Of a stretch of 64,000 bases of DNA, positions 8,931 through 18,633 are shown in pieces; within the stretch, counting starts at the first letter, position 1, and each line of letters begins with the position of its first letter. A model generated the notes under the pieces. It did no database searches, was not told the DNA's origin, and saw only the letters and a list, made by a program, of their open reading frames with translations. The position numbers and the translations under genes were made by a program. Source of the DNA: an uncultured cyanobacterium (GTDB lineage Bacteria; Cyanobacteriota; Cyanobacteriia; Pseudanabaenales; Pseudanabaenaceae); the NCBI GenBank assembly GCA_963703315.1, contig OY969811.1, positions 704,001-768,000 on the forward strand, read 5' to 3'.

Positions 8931-11244
8931 AAGTTTGAGTGTCAATTTGATCAGGTATTTCTAGATTCGGATCTAATTCAGAAGTAGAAGCTTCAGGATT
9001 AGACAGGTCAGGATTGCTCTCAGTGTTAACTACGGCAACTAAATCAATTTGTTGACGATAGTAATCAACACCTTTGACCTGTACTTCAACGCGATCGCCT
9101 AAGGAATATTGACGACCACTGCGACGACCAACCAACAAAGTTGAAGCCCTTGCTCTGCCCTTACCATTAATTAATGGGAACTCATACCAATCATCCTTTA
9201 GAGAACTGACATGAACTAAGCCTTCAACCAATAGAGATTCAATTTCCACAAAGAATCCATAGGACTGCACGCTCGTAATGATGCCATAGAAGTTTTCACC
9301 TGTGTGCGATCGCATAAACTCAGCTTTACGCAAGCCATCAAGATCAGATATCGAGCGATGGTATAAAGCATCAGCTTGATTAAGCTTCGGTACAATGGCT
9401 TCCAAATCTTCGATTAACTGGCGTTCAGTGTCAGGAGGTAAAACACTCCAATTTACTTGACCATGAGCGCTCGAACTGCGGAGATTTACACCATCCTTAA
9501 TCCTAATGCTACGGCGATCGCGTCCTTCTTCAAATACAGTATGTAAAATACGCTGAATCAGCAAATCTCCATAATGATTTTGGGGAAACACTCCATGAAT
9601 ATATGGCTGCTCAATTAATCCCAATCCAAAATGTAATGTAGGTGCAAGCACATACTCATTAGTCTTAAACATTGACAGCAAAAGATATTTAAGAATGTCA
9701 CGAGTAGTATCCTGCTCAAGCTGATCCACCTGCTGTAAAATCTGATGCAAGTCTTTAATCTGCACTTGTTCAGGAGTTTCTAACTGAACAGTAATCCCCA
9801 TGCTTTCCAGTAACTTTGTCCAATCATCGATTTTGCCTTGATCAGGAGGAATTTGACGAAGGTAGAGAGATGGAACCGCAAGGGAATGTAAGTGGGAAGA
9901 AATCGCTTTATTCGCTAAAACCATTACTTCAGCGACAGTGCCAGAAATAGGTAAAGTCAATGGAACTACGATTAAACCGCGCACTCCCTCATCAGCCTCT
10001 TGAGAAGGAATTTGTGGCAATACTAATCTAATCGCATTGGAACGTTCTTGGAGTAAAGTCCCAACCTTGGCAATCAAATGAACTAATTCTTCAACTTCAG
10101 TATCAATCTCTTGACTAGGCGCGTCCTCATCTACGGCAACCTTACCATCGAGAATCTGCTGCGCTCTCTGATAACTCAAGTTTGCTCTTACTAAAATCGC
10201 TGATGGTTGAATCTCAAAGGAAATGAGATTACCTTCATGATCTAATTTAATTAACACTGACATCGTTAGATATTCAGGCTGATTAAATACATTCATCTCA
10301 GGCAACATTGGCAAGATCGTATCGCCCAAGAAAAATGACCGTAATCGCTTACGAGCTTCTAAGTCCAACGGTGAACCCGCAGTAACATAAGTTGCCACAT
10401 CAGGAATATGTACTCCCAAATCCCAGCCAGTTTCTACCGCAGTGATGGAGATGGCGGCGGCGTTACCAATTCTCACCGTTAGAGTTTTGCGTAAATCGAG
10501 ACGATGTTTGAGGTCAGCTTTTCTAACGCCTCTAGGCAAACTTGCGGCTGCCGTCAAAGCCTTCGCACTAAAACGTCTGGGTAAATTATGTTTGCAACAG
10601 ACTAGATCAATGTCATTAGTTGATTCGGCATCATCTCCCAAAATCTGCAAAATTCGCCCTAAAGGTAAGTGGTTACCCAAGGAAAATCTCACCATTTCCA
10701 AATGCACCAATTTGCCATTGGCAACACTAAGATCGGGAGTCTCTTCGTCTGGTACTAGCTCGACTTCAAATAAGAGTCGATCATCTAGAGGTACGGCTCG
10801 GTAGCTGTCATCCACTAATTTCACAGTCGAGAGTAAAGTCAAGTTCGATCGCTCAAGGATCAAGCGCACTTCACCTTCAGGCGATCGCCGCCTTACACCA
10901 TCCTTGGTTACCCGTACCAAAACGCGATCGCCATTCCAAGCATTGCTCAAACGACTCTCGCGCACATAAATATCTTCAGCGCCCTCGACATCTTGGATCG
11001 CAAAGCAAAAACCCTTACTAGAGCAACGTAACCGTCCCTCAATCAAACCTTCTTCCTGAATGCGGCGATAGCGTCCTTTATCTTTCTCCAGAATCCCAAT
11101 TTTTTCGAGAGCATCTAGAGCAACTTGGAGGCGACGAACGCTTTTGCTATCATCACCAATTCCCAGTTTTTTTTCGATCGCTTTGGGCGTAACTAGCTTG
11201 TCATCAGAGAAATTGTCTAACAGTTGATTAATCGAGAATTCCAT
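8923..11244 (-). CDS. RNase R/RNase II (RNB)-family protein with cold-shock and S1 domains; active site degenerate
   Basis: KGFCFA cold-shock domain, S1 motif YGFFVEI..VEGLVHVSSL; catalytic Asp cluster not found. Confidence 0.85.
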   Translation of the reverse strand: MEFSINQLLDNFSDDKLVTPKAIEKKLGIGDDSKSVRRLQVALDALEKIGILEKDKGRYRRIQEEGLIEGRLRCSSKGFCFAIQDVEGAEDIYVRESRLSNAWNGDRVLVRVTKDGVRRRSPEGEVRLILERSNLTLLSTVKLVDDSYRAVPLDDRLLFEVELVPDEETPDLSVANGKLVHLEMVRFSLGNHLPLGRILQILGDDAESTNDIDLVCCKHNLPRRFSAKALTAAASLPRGVRKADLKHRLDLRKTLTVRIGNAAAISITAVETGWDLGVHIPDVATYVTAGSPLDLEARKRLRSFFLGDTILPMLPEMNVFNQPEYLTMSVLIKLDHEGNLISFEIQPSAILVRANLSYQRAQQILDGKVAVDEDAPSQEIDTEVEELVHLIAKVGTLLQERSNAIRLVLPQIPSQEADEGVRGLIVVPLTLPISGTVAEVMVLANKAISSHLHSLAVPSLYLRQIPPDQGKIDDWTKLLESMGITVQLETPEQVQIKDLHQILQQVDQLEQDTTRDILKYLLLSMFKTNEYVLAPTLHFGLGLIEQPYIHGVFPQNHYGDLLIQRILHTVFEEGRDRRSIRIKDGVNLRSSSAHGQVNWSVLPPDTERQLIEDLEAIVPKLNQADALYHRSISDLDGLRKAEFMRSHTGENFYGIITSVQSYGFFVEIESLLVEGLVHVSSLKDDWYEFPLINGKGRARASTLLVGRRSGRQYSLGDRVEVQVKGVDYYRQQIDLVAVVNTESNPDLSNPEASTSELDPNLEIPDQIDTQTLE

Positions 11245-11986
11245 GAGGCGAGGGTCGAGCGATTGTTTAAGGTGAGCAAGTTAAATCAAACAAGGGGCAA
11301 CAAAGCTATAGAGCAGCCTGATAACACAAACAAAAATCAACATCGTAAATCAACGAAATTTAAAAATTCGATGATTATCACCAACCAATGACTTCGTAAG
11401 GTTCGACTTATCGAAACGAAACATAGGAAGTCAATATTATCTTCCTTAAGAAGATTCTCTAGCTTGGTGATAGCGTTATAGCCTCAAGACACTAGATGCA
11501 GTGAGAAGTATGGATCTAAACGCATACCCCTGATTACTGCATTCTGAACGGCAAACTCAGAGAAATTTCATTTATTTCTGGATGAAGTTGCGATCTAGAT
11601 CTATATATAAATAGTGTCTCACTATACTTATGGGGCTTCAGTAGCTTACGAATTTGCAGAGTTAGCTTATATAGTGTTCCCCTACTAATGCAATATTTTA
11701 GCCCAATTACTCCAGCAAATATTTTTGTTTGTAGATGAAATTTTTGAGTTGGAAAACAAATCTTCAAAATTAGTAAAAATATTTGATATGGTCTCAATAT
11801 CTCAAATTTATTGAAATATCATCCAAAAGTTATAAAATTTCAATTAACATTTCCCCTAAATTAGGTTAGACTACAAAAATACATTGTTAAATGTGTCAAA
11901 AAATACTTAACTTTTTGTTGTTATCTTTGGTACATTTATATTGTTACAGATTTAAACCTGTTGCGTTGTGAGGAATGGTAATTTAA

Positions 11987-13609
11987 ATGTCTAAATCTTC
12001 TAAGAAAAATTTTAGTTTAGTTGCGCCAGCAGTATTGTCTGCTGTTGCAGCATCTGCATTGATTAGTGGTGCTGCTAATGCTCAAGCTTCTCAAGACTCT
12101 GAAGTTATTCGCTCTGTAAATAGCAATAGCCTCGGTCGTACCAATGCTGTTGCTCAAAATGTAACTTCAGTATCTCAACTTAGCGATGTTAAGCCTACTG
12201 ACTGGGCTTTCACCGCATTGCAATCCTTGGTCGAGCGTTACGGTTGTATCGCTGGCTACCCTGATCGTACTTTCCGTGGCAAACAAGCAACCAGCCGTTA
12301 TGAATTCGCTGCTGGTTTGAATGCTTGCTTAGACAAGATCAACGAAATCATCTCCGCAGGACTTGCTGACAAAGTTAGCAAAGAAGACCTCGCCACCTTG
12401 CAAAAGCTTCAAGAAGAATTTGCGGCTGAACTCGCAACCCTTCGTGGTCGTGTCGATGCTCTTGACGCTAAGACCGCTAAGCTCGAAGCTCAACAGTTCT
12501 CCACCACCACCAAGCTACGTGGCGAAGCGATCTTCGGTCTTGCTGCTGGTTCTGACGGTGTTTCTGCAACTGGTGTTGACAAAACCAACACAATTTTTAG
12601 CTACCGCGCTCGTCTCAACCTTGACACAAGTTTTACTGGTAAGGATTTGTTGAGAACCCGCTTACAAGCAAGTAACACTGATAGTTTCACAGCTTTAGCT
12701 GGTAGCAATAGCACTCGTCTTTCCTACGATGGCTATGGCACTGCTAACAACTTTGAAATCAATCGCTTGTACTACCGCTTCCCCGTTGGTGACAACCTCA
12801 AACTATATGTTGCACCTATTGGCGCTGTAGAAGATGTAATCGATCCTCTTAACCCACTCGAAAGCGATAGCCAAGGTACAATCTCTCGCTTCGGTCGTTT
12901 CAGCCCATTGATCCGTATTGCTTCTAGTGGTGGTACTGGTCTTGCAGTTGCTGGTTTTGATTGGAAGTTCTCCGATAAGGTTGCTTTCCAAGCTGCCTAC
13001 AGTGCTGCTAATGCTGCACTTGCAACTGGTGCTGGTGGCGTAACTGGTGGGGCTACCAAAATTGCCGCTCAGTTCGTATTCAAGCCTATGGATTCACTAA
13101 CCCTTGGTGTTGGCTATGCTAATGCTTATAACCCAACCAATGCTACTGCCACTGCTACCTCTTTTGGTTCTGGCTTAAATGTTGATGGTTTTAGTGGTAC
13201 TGGTCTTAGTGGATTTAAGAGTGACACTGTTGTCGGTAGCTTAGTTTGGGACATCACCAAGAAGTTTGCACTTAACACTTGGGGATCTTGGAGTTTCACT
13301 AACTTTACTAGTGTCACTGGAGCTTCTTCTGCAACTTTCACTAGTTGGATGGCTGCACTCTCTGCTAAGGATCTATTCACAGAAGGCGATCTAGCTGCTG
13401 TGATCTTTGGTCAACCTCTCCATGCAAGCAATATCACTGGCGCAACTGGAACTCTTAACGTTCCTTACCATCTTGAAGCTTTATACCGCTTCCAAGTATC
13501 TAAAAATATCAGCATCACTCCTGGTGTATTCTTCGTATTCAACCAAAACGGTAATGCCGCTAACGGTACTGCAACTGTTGGTGTAATTCGTACCACCTTC
13601 TCCTTCTAG
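11987..13609 (+). CDS. SLH-domain outer-membrane porin (SomA/OprB, iron-uptake porin family)
   Basis: VTSVSQLSDVKPTDWAF, RYEFAAGL, FSTTTKL, terminal RTTFSF; strong codon bias. Confidence 0.93.
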   Translation: MSKSSKKNFSLVAPAVLSAVAASALISGAANAQASQDSEVIRSVNSNSLGRTNAVAQNVTSVSQLSDVKPTDWAFTALQSLVERYGCIAGYPDRTFRGKQATSRYEFAAGLNACLDKINEIISAGLADKVSKEDLATLQKLQEEFAAELATLRGRVDALDAKTAKLEAQQFSTTTKLRGEAIFGLAAGSDGVSATGVDKTNTIFSYRARLNLDTSFTGKDLLRTRLQASNTDSFTALAGSNSTRLSYDGYGTANNFEINRLYYRFPVGDNLKLYVAPIGAVEDVIDPLNPLESDSQGTISRFGRFSPLIRIASSGGTGLAVAGFDWKFSDKVAFQAAYSAANAALATGAGGVTGGATKIAAQFVFKPMDSLTLGVGYANAYNPTNATATATSFGSGLNVDGFSGTGLSGFKSDTVVGSLVWDITKKFALNTWGSWSFTNFTSVTGASSATFTSWMAALSAKDLFTEGDLAAVIFGQPLHASNITGATGTLNVPYHLEALYRFQVSKNISITPGVFFVFNQNGNAANGTATVGVIRTTFSF

Positions 13610-13639
13610 GATTTGGTTTAGCGCTTAATTACAGTTGAT

Positions 13640-13683
13640 ATAAAAAAGTAGAGGCAATTTATGAATTGCCTCTACTTTTTTAT
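13640..13683 (+). terminator. Intrinsic terminator built on a GTAG-type REP palindrome
   Basis: AAAAAAGTAGAGGCAATT..AATTGCCTCTACTTTTTT after the porin stop. Confidence 0.8.
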
Positions 13684-13735
13684 TGATGCTACTAATATAG
13701 AGTGAGTATTATGAGTTTCTGGTGGAGTTGCCACG

Positions 13736-14161
13736 ATGACTGTGTTATATGAGCAGGATTATGGACTCTGGGCTGAAAAGATGGCTGATTTGTTGGCGGC
13801 AGGTCGTTTTGCTGAGTTGGATATCGAGAATTTGGTGGATGAGGTACGCGATTTGTCCAAGCGAGAACGCGATCGCCTATTGAGTAGTGTGCGCTTGATT
13901 GTGCATCATTTACTTAAGTGGGATTATCAACCCCAACGACGCTCAAGGAGTTGGCAGATAACAATTCAAAGGGAACGGCTTCATATAATTCGTTATTTGG
14001 AGGACAGCCCAAGCTTAAAACGATATTTAACGAGTGAATGGCTAGACAAAATCTACTCAATTGCTTATCTAGATGCCCAAAAAGAAACAGATTTAGAGTT
14101 TCCAGTCAATTGTCCCTACTCTATTGAGGATGTATTAGAACGCCCCATTAGTTTAAGCTAA
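13736..14161 (+). CDS. DUF29 family protein
   Basis: LYEQDY..W, LDIENL..E, HLLKW, SPSLK, CPY motifs. Confidence 0.9.
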   Translation: MTVLYEQDYGLWAEKMADLLAAGRFAELDIENLVDEVRDLSKRERDRLLSSVRLIVHHLLKWDYQPQRRSRSWQITIQRERLHIIRYLEDSPSLKRYLTSEWLDKIYSIAYLDAQKETDLEFPVNCPYSIEDVLERPISLS

Positions 14162-14226
14162 TCTCAAATTGGTAGTTACAAAGAATTCGCGGGTTCCCTA
14201 AATCCGTATAATCAACGATCAAGACT

Positions 14227-14898
14227 TTATTTTTCGCTTAATACTAATAAATGTCGCGTTGCTTCAGCGACTTGAGGTATTGGGTCGTTAGCAAGTTTTG
14301 CTAACGCAACTTTAGCTTCATCGCCACCGAGAGTGGCGAGAGCCTGTGAAACACGATGGCGAATTTGCCAATCAGGATCATCGATGAAGGGAAGTAGCAG
14401 AGAAACAGCTTTAGGGTTTCCCAGATCACCAAGGGAACCGATCGCCGCAATCTTGACTAATTCATTGGGATTTTGTAATGCTTCGGCAAGGAACTCAAGA
14501 CCTTGGGGCGCACCTAGATCACCGATCGCGGCAATGATGCTAAATTGAAACATCCAGTCATTTGTAGACTCATAAGCAGTTTTAAGCAGGTCAAAAGCTT
14601 GGTTAAGTTGTAGAGAACCAAGGGATGCCGCCGCCGCCGCCCGTACATCTATCTCTGGATCGACAAATAGGCGATCGCTGAGAATTTCCAAAGACTTTTG
14701 CAAATCAACAGTTCCAACTGTACCAATTTGACTGATCACATCGTAACGAATGCGAGCATTGGCATCAGTTGCTGCAACTATCAGTAAATTAAATCGATCA
14801 GATATGGGAAGAGAGCGACTAGCTTGAACAGCTTTCATCCGAGTCCCGATGTCATCTGTTGCCAATTGCTCTCTTAAAGTTTCAAATGTTTCGCTCAC
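14227..14898 (-). CDS. nblB: HEAT-repeat phycobilisome degradation protein NblB-like
   Basis: PBS-lyase HEAT repeats, DW..FSIIAAIG, DWQIR. Confidence 0.75.
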   Translation of the reverse strand: MSETFETLREQLATDDIGTRMKAVQASRSLPISDRFNLLIVAATDANARIRYDVISQIGTVGTVDLQKSLEILSDRLFVDPEIDVRAAAAASLGSLQLNQAFDLLKTAYESTNDWMFQFSIIAAIGDLGAPQGLEFLAEALQNPNELVKIAAIGSLGDLGNPKAVSLLLPFIDDPDWQIRHRVSQALATLGGDEAKVALAKLANDPIPQVAEATRHLLVLSEK

Positions 14899-14914
14899 AA
14901 GAAAAATCTCGCAT

Positions 14915-15139
14915 TTAATACGCTAATGTCTCTAGTGTCTCACGTAAGTAGCTACGCACGAGATCATCAAGAACGCTTTCTTGTACAACATCTTTGATGT
15001 CACCATTGCGGGATCGCTGCCATTTGTCAAATCCTGAACTTGTAGCGATCGCCTGTTTGAGATCACTCCAAACCTTAGAATCTTTGGCAACTTCGCGCAA
15101 AGGTAGAGCCAAGTCATTCACTGTTGAGGATAAGTTCAT
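14915..15139 (-). CDS. Small conserved cyanobacterial hypothetical protein
   Basis: W.DLKQAIATSSGF..W and YLRETLETLAY terminus. Confidence 0.7.
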   Translation of the reverse strand: MNLSSTVNDLALPLREVAKDSKVWSDLKQAIATSSGFDKWQRSRNGDIKDVVQESVLDDLVRSYLRETLETLAY

Positions 15140-15248
15140 AGAGATTTCCTAAGCTTATATAGATATTCATTTTATCACTTCAATAAAGAAGCCATAGATT
15201 TAGAATTAAATGTATATCTATAGATAGAAATCAATTATTCAAATCGTT

Positions 15249-15665
15249 ATGACTACTTCAAATCCTTTTATTGATCCCAAGATTGCATCGCAGACTACAG
15301 AACTAAATCCAAGTTATGCAATACCTGCTGTACTAATATTGGCAAGTATACCGATTATCTGGATTCAACCAATTGCTGCGGGCGTAGTTTCAATTTTTGG
15401 ATTGTTCCTAGTCTATCAAGCCGCTACCATTCGGTTGGTGTTTACCGCAACAGATTTAGAAGTTTATAGATCGCAAGAAAAATTCCGTACTTTTCCATAT
15501 CAAGAATGGCAGGATTGGAAGGTTTTCTGGTTTGCTTTTCCAGTTCTGTTTTATTTCAAAGAAATAAAAAGTATTCATTTCTTACCTGTTTTATTTGATG
15601 TCAATCTCCTAAAAACTTGTTTAGAGAAATATATTCCTCTCCAAAAATCTGGTAGCCCTAAATAG
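15249..15665 (+). CDS. DUF3119 family membrane protein
   Basis: FPYQEW..W..F..LFYFKEIKSIHFLP. Confidence 0.85.
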   Translation: MTTSNPFIDPKIASQTTELNPSYAIPAVLILASIPIIWIQPIAAGVVSIFGLFLVYQAATIRLVFTATDLEVYRSQEKFRTFPYQEWQDWKVFWFAFPVLFYFKEIKSIHFLPVLFDVNLLKTCLEKYIPLQKSGSPK

Positions 15666-15674
15666 GTAAGGATA

Positions 15675-15774
15675 AGTAGCTGGGCATAATTAAAAACTAG
15701 AGCCAAAACCTGTGGCGCACGCTGTGCGTGCGCCACAGGTTTTTGGGCTTTATATTTAATTGCGCTCAGCTACT
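15675..15774. mobile_element. MITE family A (100 bp, TA TSD) nested in a host hairpin
   Basis: Ends AGTAGCTG../..CAGCTACT flanked by TA; removing it restores a perfect 21-bp stem spanning 15659-15811. Confidence 0.9.
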
Positions 15775-15849
15775 TAGTAGGCGCTTTGCACCTACTATCC
15801 TTACCTATTTAAATCGTTTCCTTTTTAGCCCTACAAAGAATCTTGATGG

Positions 15850-17178
15850 ATGAATTATTTTTTAGGAATTGATTTTGGGACTTCTGGGGTAAGAGCGATC
15901 GCTATTAATATAAATGGTGAGATTATGGCGATCGCTCGATCTGACTATGACCTTCGTGATTGGGCAACGTGGCAAACCGCACTGGATCAAGTAATTACTG
16001 GCTTACCTCAAGAAATCAGGCTAAATATTAGAAAAATCGTCATCGATGGCACTTCAGCAACGGGTTTAATTTGTGACTCCAACGGACAAGCGATCGCCCC
16101 ACCCATGATTTATAGCGATGCTTGTAGTCCTGAAATTCTTAGTCAAGTCAATTTAATTGCGCCGCCGCAACATTTTGCTAATAGTGCAACATCAAGTTTT
16201 GCCAAGTTGATTTCACTGTTGCAGAAGTTAGATCAAACCTCTAATAAAGCTAAACACCATTTAGCTTTATTAGAGGTTGTCTATTTTTTACATCAAGCCG
16301 ACTGGTTGAGTTATTTGCTGCATGGAAAGTTGGGCGTGAGTGATTATCACAACGTCCTTAAATTAGGTTACGATCCCCAAGCTTTGACTTATCCTGACTG
16401 GCTCAAGGATTGGGCTTTAAAAAATCCTGCTTTAGTTTTACCAGAGGTCTTAGCACCGAGTACGACGGTGGGTAAAATTCAGGAAGATATAGCTACGCAA
16501 TTAGGTCTGTCCACAAACTGCAAAATTGGTATAGGCACGACGGATAGCAATGCTGCTTTTTTAGCTTGTGTGGGTACGGCAACACCTACGATTGGGACAG
16601 CAGTGACTTCTCTGGGTTCAACAATGGTACTCAAAGTTTTAAGCGATCGCCCCGTTAATGATGCTAAGTACGGAATTTATAGTCATCGTTTCGAGCATCC
16701 TGACTTGGGTTGTTTATGGCTAGTGGGTGGAGCCTCGAATGTTGGCGGGGCAGTGTTACGCCAATTTTTTAATGATCAACAATTACAAGAACTTAGCGAT
16801 CGCATTAATCCTGATATTTCTAGCCCCCTTGATTACTATCCCTTGCCAAAAATAGGCGATCGCTTTCCCATTAACGATCCTAATTTATTACCCCGCCTAG
16901 ATCCACGTCCTGATGATCCCGTAGCATTTTTACACGGTTTACTGGAAAGCATGGCAAGAATTGAGGCACAGGGATATCAACTTTTGCAAAAATTAGGAGC
17001 TTCCCCAATTCAGCAAATTTATACCGCAGGGGGTGGGGCAAGTAACCAAGTATGGACAAAAATACGCGATCGGTATCTCCAAAACTTAAGGCAAAATTCA
17101 AGACAAATTTCAATGCTGAATGCTTTGCAAACTGAAGCGGCTTATGGTGCGGCGTTATTAGCTAAAATACCTCTATGA
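15850..17178 (+). CDS. FGGY-family carbohydrate kinase (D-ribulose kinase-like)
   Basis: GIDFGTSG, GTTDS, GGASNVGG, TAGGGA. Confidence 0.9.
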   Translation: MNYFLGIDFGTSGVRAIAININGEIMAIARSDYDLRDWATWQTALDQVITGLPQEIRLNIRKIVIDGTSATGLICDSNGQAIAPPMIYSDACSPEILSQVNLIAPPQHFANSATSSFAKLISLLQKLDQTSNKAKHHLALLEVVYFLHQADWLSYLLHGKLGVSDYHNVLKLGYDPQALTYPDWLKDWALKNPALVLPEVLAPSTTVGKIQEDIATQLGLSTNCKIGIGTTDSNAAFLACVGTATPTIGTAVTSLGSTMVLKVLSDRPVNDAKYGIYSHRFEHPDLGCLWLVGGASNVGGAVLRQFFNDQQLQELSDRINPDISSPLDYYPLPKIGDRFPINDPNLLPRLDPRPDDPVAFLHGLLESMARIEAQGYQLLQKLGASPIQQIYTAGGGASNQVWTKIRDRYLQNLRQNSRQISMLNALQTEAAYGAALLAKIPL

Positions 17179-17855
17179 TTACTCCACTCAAGCGCAAAAA
17201 TTTTGACGAACTGATCCCTGCTGTACCTACTTCAGAGCAGTATCAATACTATTGGGGAAACGGACAAAGTGTATTTCGGCGTGTTGCCATTTCGATCGCC
17301 AGTGTGATTGTTTTCACGATTCTCTACAACCGTGTCCATGAAAATAATCCCAGTAGTTTTGCAGCATTGGCGATGTTTGTCTGTGCTGCCTTGGGGGGAT
17401 TGTATTGGATGTTAGAGCCAGTGGCACTAGCCAGCATTCGGAATGCTAAGTTGCGCCGCTTTGCCTATTGTGGTTTTTGGCAAGCGGAGGTGCTGGATGT
17501 ATATGTCTCTCAAGAAGTGCTTGCCCGTGAGGAAAAGGTGGATTCACGAGGAAGGATGGATGTTAGTTATGATGCTGAAAGTTTTTTAAATATTGAGCTT
17601 GGGGATGAGACAGATTTTGTGACGACATTACGTTTACCAATGAAGCGTGAACTTAAGCGGATTCGCCCTGAGCAAACAGTTTATATGTTGCTTTTTTCTA
17701 ACGATCGCCGTTTTGGTCGTGTTAGTCGTCTTACCTCCGATGCTTATATTCCGCAATACAATTTTTGGGTTGGAGATTATCCTTATTTGCGGCGCGATGC
17801 CTTTATTGATCTCACTAAATACATGGTGAAGCGATCGCAAAAAGTTGCCAATTGA
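17175..17855 (+). CDS. Conserved cyanobacterial membrane protein, coupled to the kinase gene
   Basis: ATGA overlap; two TM segments; WVGDYPYLRRD motif. Confidence 0.7.
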   Translation: MITPLKRKNFDELIPAVPTSEQYQYYWGNGQSVFRRVAISIASVIVFTILYNRVHENNPSSFAALAMFVCAALGGLYWMLEPVALASIRNAKLRRFAYCGFWQAEVLDVYVSQEVLAREEKVDSRGRMDVSYDAESFLNIELGDETDFVTTLRLPMKRELKRIRPEQTVYMLLFSNDRRFGRVSRLTSDAYIPQYNFWVGDYPYLRRDAFIDLTKYMVKRSQKVAN

Positions 17856-18081
17856 GTGGCGGCGCAAAGCGCCGCCACTCTTCTTCTGGGGTTTTGATTT
17901 GTAGTAGCTAACTCTTGCTTTGCTATACAACTATATATTGGATATATATTGGATATTTGTGATTGATCCCGATCATTAAGAAACTTGGAATATGTGCGCT
18001 ATGTCACTGCCAGCCATGAGACGATCCCCTACGCTGGGATCATGAATTAGCAAAGATAGCGATTATTTACAGGTAAAAACA

Positions 18082-18441
18082 ATGTTAGGTATTCAAACAC
18101 ACAAAACTAATCCGAACGACCTTCAAAATGTAGGCAAACAAATTTGCATTTATCGTAATGAAAGTGACGTAATTCAGATTGTCCGTATATCCCAGCCTAA
18201 TAGTGATTTTCTGGAAAGATCAATTTTGCCAAATCAATACATTCATTTTTCTGCATCAGTGAATGCACTGTTAGAAGTTTATGAAGGCATAATGTCAGGA
18301 TTGGTTCATGCTGATACGATTCCTTGTTATCAACTGGCAATTAACACAGACATAGATCGATTACAAAATCTGGTTAATGCCAAAAAATCTAGTTATGAAT
18401 TAGCTAAATCTTCACAGGATGTACTTGCTATAGTCATTTAA
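18082..18441 (+). CDS. DUF1830 family protein
   Basis: CIYRN..IQIVRI..LER..LEV..DTIPC. Confidence 0.75.
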   Translation: MLGIQTHKTNPNDLQNVGKQICIYRNESDVIQIVRISQPNSDFLERSILPNQYIHFSASVNALLEVYEGIMSGLVHADTIPCYQLAINTDIDRLQNLVNAKKSSYELAKSSQDVLAIVI

Positions 18442-18633
18442 TACCAAATCCAATTTAGATAGGTGGCGGCGCTTTGCGATGCCACGCAAAAAAGAGAAAG
18501 AGAGTGCTTTGCGCTCTCTTTCTCTTTTTTGCTCTTTAATGATTGATTACGCAGACGATGCTTGATCGCGTCCCGAAAAAAACTACAATAAAATTCAATA
18601 GCAATCGATGACAAATTAAAAGAAATTAAGACT

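Noticed and set aside
11395..11415. tRNA T-loop-like GGTTCGACT
   Set aside because: No proper T-stem, acceptor stem or cloverleaf.
11925..11960. RpaB HLR1 or NtcA site upstream of the porin
   Set aside because: Only single half-sites (GTTACA, GGTACA) without the expected spacing.
11987..13609. HIP1 absence in the porin gene as a sign of horizontal transfer
   Set aside because: Codon usage looks like a highly expressed native gene, which explains the absence.
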